Assembly (NCBI RefSeq): GCF_006345805.1
Contig: NC_043010.1
Span: 66,464,001-66,528,000 of the forward strand
Origin: Octopus sinensis
Lineage: Eukaryota
Reading direction: 5' to 3'
Length of the DNA stretch: 64,000 bases
Positions 24,339 to 35,860 of this stretch are shown here, in pieces. Made by a program: the position numbers and the translations under genes. The notes beneath the pieces were generated by a model, which made no database searches, had not been told where the DNA came from, and saw only the letters and a list, made by a program, of their open reading frames with translations. The first letter of the stretch is position 1, and each line of letters begins with the position of its first letter.

Positions 24339-25444
24339 ATATATATTATATATATATATATATACATGCATGTATATATACATATATATATGTAGGTATA
24401 AAATGAGATAGGGGTTGTAAATTCAACCCTCCTTGGATAACATATATCCAATATACTGCTAGAGAAGTACCCAACAAAGCTAATATCGCAATTCTTAACA
24501 TTTATGTATATGTAGGTATATACATATATGTATGTATATATACGTATATTTATATATTATTTATATTATATATATATATATATATATGTGTGTGTGGAGG
24601 CGCAATGGCCCAGTGGTTAGGGCAGCGGACTCGCGGTCAGAGGATCGCGGTTTCGATTCCCAGACCGAGCGTTGTGAGTGTTTATTGAGCGAAAACACTT
24701 GAAGCTTCACGATGCTCCGGCAGGGGGGGGGGCGATCCCTGCTGTTCTCTTTCGCCACAACTTTCTCTCACTCTTTCTTCTGCTCGCTTAGCCAGCGGGG
24801 TGGCGTCATTTGAAGGCTAAAACAATGCGAAGCGCATTGTGACCAGCGATGTGTAGCCTGGTCGATCACGGTGATATATATATATATATATTTCGTTTTG
24901 GAATTGGATTTGCAAGATTCATTATAAGGCACAAAAAGAAAATGACTCTCCCCAGACACAACAGAATATATATATATGTGTGTGTTGTGTGTGTTACAAG
25001 TATTGGGGGTGATGTACAGATTTAGTACATATGGCAGAAAAAAAGGTGTCCAGAATGCTGGATGGTTGTAAAAATATATATTTATTTACATATCACATAT
25101 TATTTCTTCATATTAGTGCTTTCAACTATTCCTGTAGTTTCATCAGAAATGTCAGTTTGTAGAGTTTTGCCTGTATTTATATTATTGGTAAATGAAATAG
25201 GGAGAGAGAGAGAGTGTGTGTGTGTGTGTGTAATGGGGAATAGAGGGAGGGAGAAGGTGAAAGAGAGAGAATATGGGTGGATGTGTTTGGAAACTGTTCT
25301 TTCTCTTTTTTTTCTTTTTTTGGGTCTTTTTGTATTTTTTTAGATGACCTTTGTAAGAAATGGAAAGAGAGAAGGAAAAAGAGGGTTTGCTTTTCAATAG
25401 TAGAAGTGTTACTATGTACACCCACACATATATCCTTACATATA

Positions 25445-25478
<34 letters not shown>

Positions 25479-25847
25479 AGATAAGAAAATGGAGAAATAC
25501 ATCTAAATCAAATATCAATTACCAGATAATACTCAATCACATACTTATCTCAATTTGTAACTATATATATATATTTACACATACACTCACATATATATAC
25601 ATATATGGAGGAACCTATTGTTTGTGTATATTTTCATAAACATTCATACATACATATACTGTGTGTTCTTGAAAATGAGAAAGAAAGAAAGGGAAAAAAT
25701 AAAATATAAAAAGATAAAGAAAATATTGTGTCCATTTTTTACTTGGCACTCCCTTGGGTTTCTAAAAGAACTGGTGGTTGACCATTCAATGTTTGATATA
25801 TGTATATATACATAAACACATATCAATATTTGTATATACATACACAT

Positions 25848-26150
25848 GGAGGCGCAATGGCCTAGTGGTTAGGGCATCAGACTCGCGGTCGCAGGATCGC
25901 GGTTTCGATTCCCAGACCGGGCGTTGTGAGTGTTTATTGAGCGAAAACACCTAAAAGCTCCACGAGGCTCCGGCAGGGGGTGGTGATCCCTGCTGTACTC
26001 TTTCACCACTCTTTCTCCCACTCTTTCTTCTGTTGGCCTGCTCACTTAGCCAGTGGGGTGGCGTCATTTGAAGGCTAAAACAATGCGAATGCATTGCGAC
26101 CAGCGATGTGTAACAACATCTGATGGTCTGGTCGGTCCCGTGATCCGTGA
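25848..26150 (+). mobile_element. tRNA-derived SINE family E; copies at 24596-24874 (+), 38797-39104 (-), 56640-57004 (-)
   Basis: Head ggaggcgcaatggcctagtggttaggg...ggtttcgattccc with A and B boxes, and a shared body. Confidence 0.75.
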
Positions 26151-26884
26151 CATACACATACACACACACATATATATATACACCCACACACATACATATA
26201 CAAATATACATGTACACACACATATATACATACATGCACATACACATGCATACACATACATATACTTGCATACATACATATATACACAACCACATATATC
26301 TACATATATATATATAAAATATATATAAATATACAAACTTATCTGTACATATATATGCACAGATAAGTTTTTAATTCAAAACTTATGAAAACAAGACATT
26401 TGTATTCAGAGTCGAACCGGTTTCAACTAGGTTGGTAATGAAAAGGTTAAGTCTACTTGTACTAAAGTAAATAAATGCAACTCGCTTTAATAGATGACAG
26501 AATTGTTAGATGGGTCGGGGGAAAATACCTGGAGGTATTTTGTACCTTTTCTTTACTTTCTGAGTTCAAATCCCGCCAAAGTTAACCTTGTCTTTCGGGG
26601 CATTCTCTTGACATCCTATTGGGGGTCAATGGCATCGACTAATACCCTTCCTTTCAAAATTGCTGGTCTTGTGTCTGAATCAAACCATTAAAATTTATTC
26701 GTTAAATTCCCTACGCTATGACTAAGAGTGCAAATATTAAACTTCTATTATTCGTTCAGTTGTTGTGGTAGTCATAGCAATAGTAATTGTAAGGGTAGTC
26801 ATGGCAACAGTAGTGGTCGTTTTAGTCCTAGAACACCTGGGATGCAGAAAGCCGATTGATGATTATATCTCTTTTTTTTTCTCT

Positions 26885-27290
26885 CTTTACTCTTTTACTT
26901 GTTTCAGTCATTTGACTGCGGCCATGCTGGAGCACCGCCTTTAGTCGAACAAATCGACCCCAGGACTTATTCTTTGGAAGCCTAGTACTTATTGTATTGG
27001 TGTCTTTTGCCAAACCGCTAAGTGACGGGGACATAAACACACCACCATCGGTTGTCAAGTGATGTTGGCGGGGACAAACACAGGCACACAAACATATACA
27101 CACACATACATATATATATATATATACAATGGGCTTCTTTCAGTTTCCGTCTACCAAATCCACTCACAAGGCTTTGGTCGACCCAAGGTTATAGTAGAAG
27201 ACATTTGCCCAAGGTGCCACGTAGGGGGAATGAACTCAGAACCATGTGGTTGGTAAGCAAGCTACTTACCACACAGCCACTCCTGCGCCT
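26885..27290 (-). mobile_element. SINE family A
   Basis: Full-length copy, reverse orientation. Confidence 0.8.
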
Positions 27291-27654
27291 ATGTTTTCTT
27301 TAAGTCAGAAATAGTGCATCTAGGACTACTTTATCCATTTTTGAACTTCTTAATAAATAGAAAAAAATCTGAACTGCATTTGCAAATAGCTATCAGTACC
27401 TCATGAGAAGGGAATAGGCGAAGAATACTAAAAAAAAAGTTGGGTTTTTTTTTTAACCCTCGCAATTCTTTGCCCTTTACCTTCTCCTTAGGGTCTAGCT
27501 ATTTCAAATCTCTATCACTTTGTTGACTTCTGAATGAAATTTCTTCTGCATCTTCGCTTTTCTTGGACGCGAGTTAAATTCTTTCAGAGGTAACAAATAT
27601 ATTTATACAAATAAAGCAATTTAATTGTCCATTTGCTATGAAGATATACAGTGT

Positions 27655-28065
27655 AGGCGCAGGAGTGGCTGTGTGGTAAGTAGCTTGCTAACCAACCACA
27701 TGGTTCCGGGTTCAGTCCCACTGCGTGTCATCTTGGGCAAGTGTCTTCTACTATAGCCTCGGACCGACCAATGCCTTGTGAGTGGATTTGGTAGACGGAA
27801 ACTGAAAGAAGCCTGTCGTATATATGTATATATATATAAGTGTGTGTGTCTGTGTTTGTCCCCCTAGCATTGCTTGACAACCGATGCTGGTGTGTTTATG
27901 TCCCCGTTACTTAGCGGTTCGGCAAAAGAGACTGATAGAATAAGTACTGGGCTTACAAAGAATAAGTACTGGGCTTACAAAGAATAAGTCCCGGGGTCGA
28001 TTTGCTCGACTAAAGGCGGTGCTCCAGCATGGCTGCAGTCAAATGACTGAAACAAGTAAAAGAGT
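27655..28065 (+). mobile_element. SINE family A
   Basis: Full-length copy; another follows at 28367-28785. Confidence 0.82.
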
Positions 28066-28951
28066 ATAAGGTTTTTCACTTCCCTGACTTTAATATTTCT
28101 GGTTGAATTATCAAATATGTAGGTTACTGTACTTGATGGCATAGAAAAAAAAATCACAGGCATAATTAGATCAACCAATTTCAGCAGCGCATATTCAGGA
28201 AATAAGGTTTTTAGTGCATTGAAGTTTATGGGGGGGCCCGACTTTTTATATAGGATCTGAAGTGATTTTTTTGAGGCAGTGCATTTTCAAACATCCTTAC
28301 AAGGAATATTTGTGGATTAGTTCAGTGAATGAACAAAAAATTTATTCAAAGTATGAACAGGAACATAGGCGCAGGAGTGGCTGTGTGGTAAGTAGCTTGT
28401 TTACCAACCACATGGTTCCGGGTTCAGTTCCACTGCGAGGCACCTTGGGCAAGTGTCTTCTACTATAGCCTCGGGCCGACCAAAGCCTTGTGAGTGAATT
28501 TGGTAGACAGAAACTGAAAGAAGCCCGTTGTATATATGTATATGTATGTATATGTGTGTGTGCGTGTATGTTTGTGTTTGTCCCCCTAGCATTGCTTGAC
28601 ATCCGATGCTGGTGTGTTTATGTCCCTGTAACTTAGCGGTTCGGCAAAAGAGACCGATAGAATAAGCACTGGGCTTACAAAGAATAAGTCCCGGGGTCGA
28701 GTTGCTCGATTAAAGGCGGTGCTCCAGCATGGCCGCAGTCAAATGACTGAAACAAGTAAAAGAGTAAAGAGTAAAGAGTAAAAGAGGAGTGGAGAAAGAA
28801 AAGAAGAAAAAAAAGGAAAAATAAACTTCAGTGCAACATCAAGTACTTCAGTTGGTCTCCGTTACAAGGTTCAATGGATCCTACTGAAGCAAGCCAGCAT
28901 GCTCGCAGCCTGAACACGGATGATGTAAAAGCTAAAGCGTTGGGAAAGCCA

Positions 28952-29552
28952 AAGGCGGCAAGCTGGCAGAAACGTTAGCACGCCGGGCGAAATACTTAAC
29001 GGCATTTCGTCTGCTGTTACGTTCTGAGTTCAAATTCCGCTGAGGTCGACTTTGCCTTTCATCCTTTCGGGGTCGATAAATTAAGTACCAGTTACGTACT
29101 GAGGTCTATGTAATCGACTTAATCCGTTTGTCTGTCCTTGTTTGTTCCCTCTGTGTTTAGCCCCTTGTGGGTAATAAAGAAATAGGTATTTCGTCTGCCG
29201 TTACATTCTGAGTTCAAATTCCGCCGAGGTCGACTTTGCCTTTCATCCTTTCGGGGTCGATAAATTAAGTACCAGTTACATACTGGGGTCTATGTAATCG
29301 ACTTAATCCGTTTGTCTGTCCTTGTTTGTTCCCTCTGTGTTTAGCCCCTTGTGGGTAATAAAGAAATAGGTATTTCGTCTGCCGTTACATTCTGAGTTCA
29401 AATTCCGCTGAGGTCGACTTTGCCTTTCATCCTTTCGGGGTCGATAAATTAAGTACCAGTTACGTACTGGGGTCGATGTAATCGACTTAATACCTACGTC
29501 TGTCCTTGTTTATCCCCTCTATGTTTAGCCCCTTGTGGGTAATAAAGAAACA
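28952..29552 (+). mobile_element. SINE family B trimer (184-bp period)
   Basis: One full unit plus two headless units, with junctions at 29185/29186 and 29369/29370. Confidence 0.85.
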
Positions 29553-29891
29553 GATAAGAATTTAGCCGTTAGTGTCCCAGTCTCGAAAAATTAAACTACG
29601 TTAAACTTACAAATTACAATTTTCTCAAGAAGGCCAAGAGAAAAAAATGTTTTATTTTGACACATTCTGCCAGTATACGAAGTTTAAAAGTTTAAAAGTT
29701 AACTAGAAATTGTGTTGAAAGCTGCCGTTCAAAAGGAAAAGGATCCGAAAGATTATCTTTGACTGTTGTTTCTCTCATTGAACTACGGTCATGCTGGGGC
29801 ACTGCCTTCTAGGATGGAGTTGAACAGATCGAACCCACCTCTTATTTTATCAGTCGCTTTTGCCGGTTGTCAAGTGATGGTGGGGACACAC

Positions 29892-29976
<85 letters not shown>

Positions 29977-29979
29977 CTC

Positions 29980-30016
<37 letters not shown>

Positions 30017-30211
30017 AGGTCACCAAATTGCTAACAAGACTAAGTTGCCCTTCAACTTGGTGGAGCTTCATAGTAGGTGATGAGAGGTTGAAGCATGAAA
30101 GAAGGGGCCCGCTGCAGGTTAATTTCTCAGAGCCACCATCAGCATGAATGATGGATAAGTATTGTTGTAACCAGCGAAAGTAACAGTCTTTTGTTTTGTT
30201 GTTGATTTCAG

Positions 30212-30329
30212 AGAAACCAGAAAAAAGGAAAGAGTCTTTGTACTTTACAGACGACACTGAAATGAGAGAAGGTGTTGAGGAATCACTGCTGGAGAAGAAA
30301 GGTTTTGATAAAAAAGACATGGCTACAAG
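30212..30329 (+). CDS. ADPRS: ARH3 coding exon 2
   Basis: Acceptor ttgatttcag. Reads KKPEKRKESLYFTDDTEMREGVEESLLEKKGFDKKDMATR; the TDDT Mg-binding motif corresponds to human T76-D77-D78. Donor GTAAGC, phase 1 in and phase 2 out. Confidence 0.95.
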
Positions 30330-30904
30330 GTAAGCAGTGTGTGTTCAGCTTTACGTCCATTTTACTATGTTGGCATGAGTTGGAAGAGTACTTATTTTTG
30401 AGGTAGTCTTTTTTAAAAACAGATACTCTTCCGGTTTCCAACCTTTTCTTGCTTTTCACAAATTAGGCAGTATTTTATTCCACTACCTTGAGTGCACAAA
30501 GCTATAGGATCTAATGTTCACCAGGCACATAAACAAAACAATGCCATTTTTCCATTCAGACAATTCTAAATGAAAATGATAATTTTTACACACACACACC
30601 ATCATCATAATCATCCTCATTTAATGTCTAGGTTCCATGCTAGCATGGGTTGGACAGTTTGACAGGATCCAGTGGACCTAAGGACAGCATTGTGTTCCAG
30701 TATCTATATCTATAAATATATATATATATATACACATATATACATACATACATATATATATATATATAAAACTTACTTGGAAGAAGACGACACGTGGCGT
30801 CCAATCGTATAATAACAATTTAATAAATAAAACATATGCATACATACATACATATATGTGCATACCTACATCTATATGTATATATATACATGCATATATA
30901 TATT

Positions 30905-31132
30905 TCTTTATTGCCCACAAAGGGCTAAACATAGAGGGGACAAATAAGGACAGACAAACGGATTAAGTCGATTACATCAACCCCAGTGCGTAACTGGTAC
31001 TTAATTTATCGACCCTGAAAGGATGAAAGGCAAAGTTGACCTCGGCAGAATTTGAACTCAGAACGTAACGGCAGACGAAATACGGCTACGCATTTCACCC
31101 GGCGTGATAACATTTCTGCCAGCTCGCTGCCT
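30905..31132 (-). mobile_element. SINE family B; further copies at about 75-800, 7572-7770, 9255-9645, 37505-37737, 46375-46590, 53998-54145, 54812-54960, 63888-64000
   Basis: Same consensus as the other family B copies. Confidence 0.78.
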
Positions 31133-31354
31133 TATACATGCATATATGGGTACTGGACACCACAAAAAAACATAGAACACAACGAGAAACGAAGGCATAA
31201 AAACAAAACAAGGAAACGGACTTTTTTTTAACAACGAAAAAACAGAGTACAAGACAATCAACACAAGGGACATTCCCCTTCTTCAGCTGCCCGGTTTCGA
31301 CTCACTGCATGTTTCGAAAGTAAGGGCAGAACTCGACTACGTTGAAACAGTCCT

Positions 31355-31500
31355 TTTCCAAGTTTAGGAACCTTTCCAAGTTGATGAAGATGACAATGAA
31401 CAGTTGTATGGTTTGAACTAAGCTTTATTGCCAATTCTTCAACTGGTAATGCAGGATTTTCTTCAAGTAATGCCTCAAGGAGCTTATCATCAAACTCATC
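31355..31500 (-). mobile_element. mariner transposase HTH fragment
   Basis: DEFDDKLLEALLEENPALPVEELAIKLSSNHTTVHCHLHQLGKVPKLGK resembles the second HTH region of mariner transposases. Confidence 0.7.
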
Positions 31501-32136
31501 TGGACAGCCTTTGGCAGTAATTACAGCTTGAAGTCTATGAAAGTTTGAATTGTTTCCAAAGGAATCTTTATCCATTCTTCAGCTAAAACAGTCTCCAAGT
31601 CTTGTAGTGATGATGGTGGAGGATATTGACTCCTTACTTGTTTTTCTAAAATGCACCATAAATGTTCGATAATATTGAGATCTGGGGACTGTGGTGGCCA
31701 AATAAGATGTTCAACTTTACTACAATGTTCCTTGTGCCGTTCAGTAACAACTTTAGCTGTGTGAAATCTAACTTTGTGCAGCTCCCAGCAAACAGTTTTT
31801 GCGGAAACTGAGTTTTCAAGGTGATCATTAAACTCTGCAGTAATTTTGGGAGTTGTACTCCAAACAATGCCATATTTATTCACCCTGAAGAGACCGTACT
31901 AATAATGCTTTATCATCCTGAAAGATTACGTTTCCTTGCGGATGAATTTGATCAAATAAGATGCTTAAATAGTCTTGACTACTAAAATTCTGCCATGAAG
32001 AGAAACCATTGAGCCAGCGGATTTCCAAGGTATAGCCCCCGCTCCCCAGATCATCACAGATCCTCCTCCATGTTTAACAGTTGGAAGAAGACAGTCTGGG
32101 TCAAATGCCGGGTATCTCTGCTAGTATATATATGTA

Positions 32137-32189
<53 letters not shown>

Positions 32190-32666
32190 ATATGTATGTA
32201 TATATGTATGTATGTATATATGTATGTATGTATGTATATATGTATGTATGTATGTATGTATATATGTATGTATATATGTATGTATGTATATATGTATGTA
32301 TCTGTGCCGGTGGCATGTAAAAAACACCCACTACACTCACGGAGTGGTTAGCATTAGGAAGGGCATCCAGCTGTAGAAACACTGCCAAATCAGACTGGAG
32401 CCTGGTGCAGCCTCCATGGCTTACCAGACCCCGGTCGAACCGTCCAACCCATGCTAGCATGGAAAACGGACGTTAAATGATGATGATATATATACACAGT
32501 TGGAAGAAGACAGTCTGGGTCAAATGCTTCTTTTGGCTGTCTCCACATGTATACTCGGCCGGTGGTCAGAAATAAGGTAAAGGATGGCTCATCCAAGAAA
32601 ATAACATTTTTCCACTGCTCTAGGGACCAATTCTGTAGGTTTTTACTCCACTCTAAATGCTTTGTG
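31500..32666 (-). mobile_element. Rearranged Tc1 (DD34E-type) transposase relic
   Basis: Contains segments [51 protein letters not shown] and WPPQSPDLNIIEHLW..RLQAVITAKG. Interrupted by an RTE-3'UTR insertion. Confidence 0.82.
32109..32495 (+). mobile_element. RTE-3'UTR-derived insertion with 32-bp flanking duplication
   Basis: ACAGTTGGAAGAAGACAGTCTGGGTCAAATGC occurs at 32077-32108 and 32496-32527. Confidence 0.8.
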
Positions 32667-32915
32667 GGCATATGACATAGTGGTTAAGACCATGCGCTAC
32701 TAACCTCAAGATTCCGAGTTCAATTCCAGGCAGTGACCTGAATAATAATGATAATAATAATAACAAAAACATCTAAAAATACCTTAGGAATGAGAACCCA
32801 GGTTCAAAATTTCTCCAAGACACCTGATGAAGGCTGGAGGATATATCAGCCAAAATGTTATGTTAACAACAAACAAGATGAGGACAAATATCTGTCAAAT
32901 GTAAATAACGTACCT
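32667..32915 (+). mobile_element. tRNA-derived SINE with a hammerhead-bearing 3' half
   Basis: A box TAGTGGTTAAG at 32678-32688, B box GAGTTCAATTCC at 32716-32727, (AAT)n linker, then the hammerhead at 32820-32863. Confidence 0.6.
32820..32863 (+). ncRNA. Hammerhead ribozyme motif, family 2 (C3-G8), probably inactivated by G12>A
   Basis: ACAC-CTGATGA-A-GGCTG(GAGGATATAT)CAGCC-AAA-ATGT-T-ATGT. The second copy on the minus strand at 36668-36701 retains GAA and G1.1. Confidence 0.65.
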
Positions 32916-33337
32916 AATTCCTCCTCATCATCATCATCATTTAACGTCCGTTTTCCGCGCTAGCACGGGTTGGACGGTTCGACCGGGGTCTGGGAAGCAA
33001 GGGCTGCACCAGGCTCCAGTCTGATCTGGCAGTGTTTCTACAGCTGGATGCCCTTCCTAACGCCAACCACTCCGTGAGTGTAGTGGGTGCTTTTTACGTG
33101 CCACCTGCACAGATGCCGGGGGGGGGGGTCTGGCATCGGCCACGATCGGTTGGTGCTTTTAACGTGCCACCGGCACAGAAGCCAGTCGAGGCGGCGCTGG
33201 CAACGGCCAAGACAGCACTGGCTCATCTCTTAAATATAGAACTATACTCACGTATGTTATTATATTATGTATTATGGTTGTGTACACATTGTGTTTACGT
33301 ATCTGTTTCTTATTTGATTTATTTGTTCCCTATCAAG

Positions 33338-33551
33338 GTTTGCCGAACGCTACTTTGTCAGTCCTCCGAAACGCTCTTATGGAAGCCACGTTCCAAATGT
33401 CTTCATGGCCTGGAAAAGAAGCGACTACGAGAATATTGACACACCAGCCATGAGCCAGTTTAATTTCACCGGTTCCTATGGTAACGGTGGTGGCATGCGC
33501 ATTGCACCAGCAGCTCTTTTCACTCATCACCAAAGTCCTGAGAAGCTGAAG
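33338..33551 (+). CDS. ADPRS: ARH3 coding exon 3
   Basis: Acceptor ttccctatcaag. Reads FAERYFVSPPKRSYGSHVPNVFMAWKRSDYENIDTPAMSQFNFTGSYGNGGGMRIAPAALFTHHQSPEKLK, containing the GSYGNGGxMR signature. Donor GTTGGT, phase 0. Confidence 0.95.
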
Positions 33552-33679
33552 GTTGGTAGCATGATGACTCTTACTTCTTCTTGATGTTGAAGATATTGCT
33601 GCTGTTGTTGTTGTTGTTCTTCTTCTTCTTCTCCTCATCCTCATCATCCTCCTTCTTTGTCTTCTTCTTCTTCTTTTGA

Positions 33680-33864
33680 GCAAATCAACCCCAAGACTTA
33701 TTCTTTGTAAGCCTAGTACTTATTCTATCAATCTCTTTTGCTGAACCACTAAGTTACGGGGACGTAAACACACCAGCATCGGTTGTCAAGTGATGCTGAG
33801 GGAACAAACACAGACACACAAACATATGCACACACATACATATATATATATATGTATATATATA

Positions 33865-33947
<83 letters not shown>

Positions 33948-34223
33948 CATATATGTGACAGACTTCTTCCAGTTTCCGTCTACCAAATCCACTCACAAGT
34001 CTTGTGAGAAGACACTTGGCCAAGGTGCCATGCAGTGGGACTGAACCCAGACCCATGTGCACACACATACATATATATGACAGGCTTCTTTCAGTTTCCG
34101 TCTACCAAATCCACTCACAAGGCTTGTGAGAAGACACCTGGCCGAGGTGCCACGCAGTGGGACTGAACCCAGACCCATGTGCTTGGTAAGCAAGCTACTT
34201 ACCACACAGCCACTCCTGCGCCT
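33680..34223 (-). mobile_element. SINE family A (rearranged); further copies at about 35938-36331, 39135-39545, 43312-43843, 45455-45770, 55665-56040, 59200-59755, 62025-62372
   Basis: Same consensus blocks as the other family A copies. Confidence 0.75.
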
Positions 34224-34547
34224 ATTGTTTTGAATTATTCATGCACCATCTTATATCTTCAAGGTTTCGGTGAAATGATTGTTTATTTTTAGAATGACAT
34301 TATGGGGTCACTGCAAGATGCCAGATCTGGTCAGTTTGATCATAAAACAGGGAGACTATTTTGGCCGGATACAGCCTGCTTAACTACTAAAAGGTTATTG
34401 TCCATATAGTTGCTAACAATTTCCTTATTGGTGTTTGAATATTTACATTCAGCAGCAGTTAATTTTATCAATAAATGCAGCAGAGGGTAGTTGTCTCCTC
34501 AAAAATAATAATGATAATAATAATAATAATGATAATGATAATAATTA

Positions 34548-34890
34548 GTGAAGGCGCATGGGTCAGTGGTTAGAGGGTCAAGCTTACAATCGTGAGGTTG
34601 TGAGCTCGAATCCCGGACCGGGCTGCGTGTTGTGTTCTTGAGCAAGACACTTTATTTCACGTTGCTCCAGTTCACTCGGCTGTAGAAATGAGTTGCGACG
34701 TCACTGGTGCTAAGCTGTATCGGCCCCTTTGCCTTTCCCTTGGATAACACTGGTGGCGTGGAGAGGAGAGGCCGGTATGGATGGGCGACTGCTGGTCTTC
34801 CATAAAGAACCTTACCCGGACTTGTGCCTGGGAGGGTAACTTTCTAGGTGCAATCCCATGGTCTGTGTCGTGACCGAAGAGGGTCTCAGA
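34548..34890 (+). mobile_element. tRNA-derived SINE family D; related copies at about 12446-12655, 55325-55660, 61458-61795
   Basis: Head gaaggcgcatgggtcagtggttagag...gagctcgaatccc, then ttcttgagcaagacactttatttcacgttgctccagttcactc. Confidence 0.7.
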
Positions 34891-35374
34891 ATAATAATTA
34901 TTTGTAAAAGACGCTGTGGTGGAATCAACATCGTTGGGGAAAATAAAGTATAAGAAAACAAGGGAGACAACTCCGATAAACACAAAATGTTCAATATAGA
35001 AAATGGGAGTTCAAAGGTAACTGGAGAAAGTAACAAGTTTTTTCAATCTGATTTGAATTTCTCAACAAAACATTTGGTACTTTATGTGTGTGTTATAGTG
35101 AGTGGACAAACGAAAGAAAGAGGCACTCAACACGTTTAGTGGATATTATATAATTCAGTCGTCTGAGCCCATCAAGTTAGGTTCCTGTGATGAGCCTACA
35201 AAACTTTAAGTTGCATGGCACAGAATCAAACTGGTTTAAATAATAATCTATATTTATAAAATTCTTTGTCTCTCTGTCTGTCTGTTCCCTATGCATTCTC
35301 AAACGGCTCGACCAAATCAAATCAAATTTTACAAGGTAATAGTATTAGAGCCCATGAGTGTCGACATGTAATTT

Positions 35375-35860
35375 TTTGTGCCGGTGGCACGTAAAATGCA
35401 TCATCCGATCGTGGTCATTGCCAGCCTCGCCTGGCCCCCGTGCCGGTGGCATGTAAAAAGCACCATCCGACCGTGGCCGTTTGCCAGCCTCGCCTGGCCC
35501 CCGTGCCGGTGGCATGTAAAAAGCACCATCCGACCGTGGCCGTTTGCCAGCCTCGCCTGGCCACCGTGCCGGTGGCATGTAATAAGCACCATCCGACCGT
35601 GGCCGTTTGCCAGCCTCGCCTGGCCACCGTGCCGGTGGCATGTAAAAAGCACCATCCGACCGTGGCCATTTGCCAGCCTCGTCTGGCACGTAAAAAGCAC
35701 CCACTATACTCACGGAGTGGTTGGCCTTAGGAAGTGCATCCAGCCGTAGAAACATTGCCAGATCAGACTGGGCCTGGTGCTGCCTTCTGGCTTCCCAGAC
35801 CCCAGTTGAACCGTCCAACCCATGCTAGCATGGAAAGTGGACGCTAAATGATGATGATGA
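35375..35860 (+). mobile_element. RTE-3'UTR-derived repeat with about 4.7 x 63-bp units
   Basis: Unit gtgccggtggcatgtaaaaagcaccatccgaccgtggccgtttgccagcctcgcctggcc(c/a)cc; (TGA)n tail. Confidence 0.8.

Noticed and set aside
35400-35700. CRISPR-like array
   Set aside because: The units are contiguous tandem repeats without unique spacers, in a eukaryotic retrotransposon UTR, with no cas genes.
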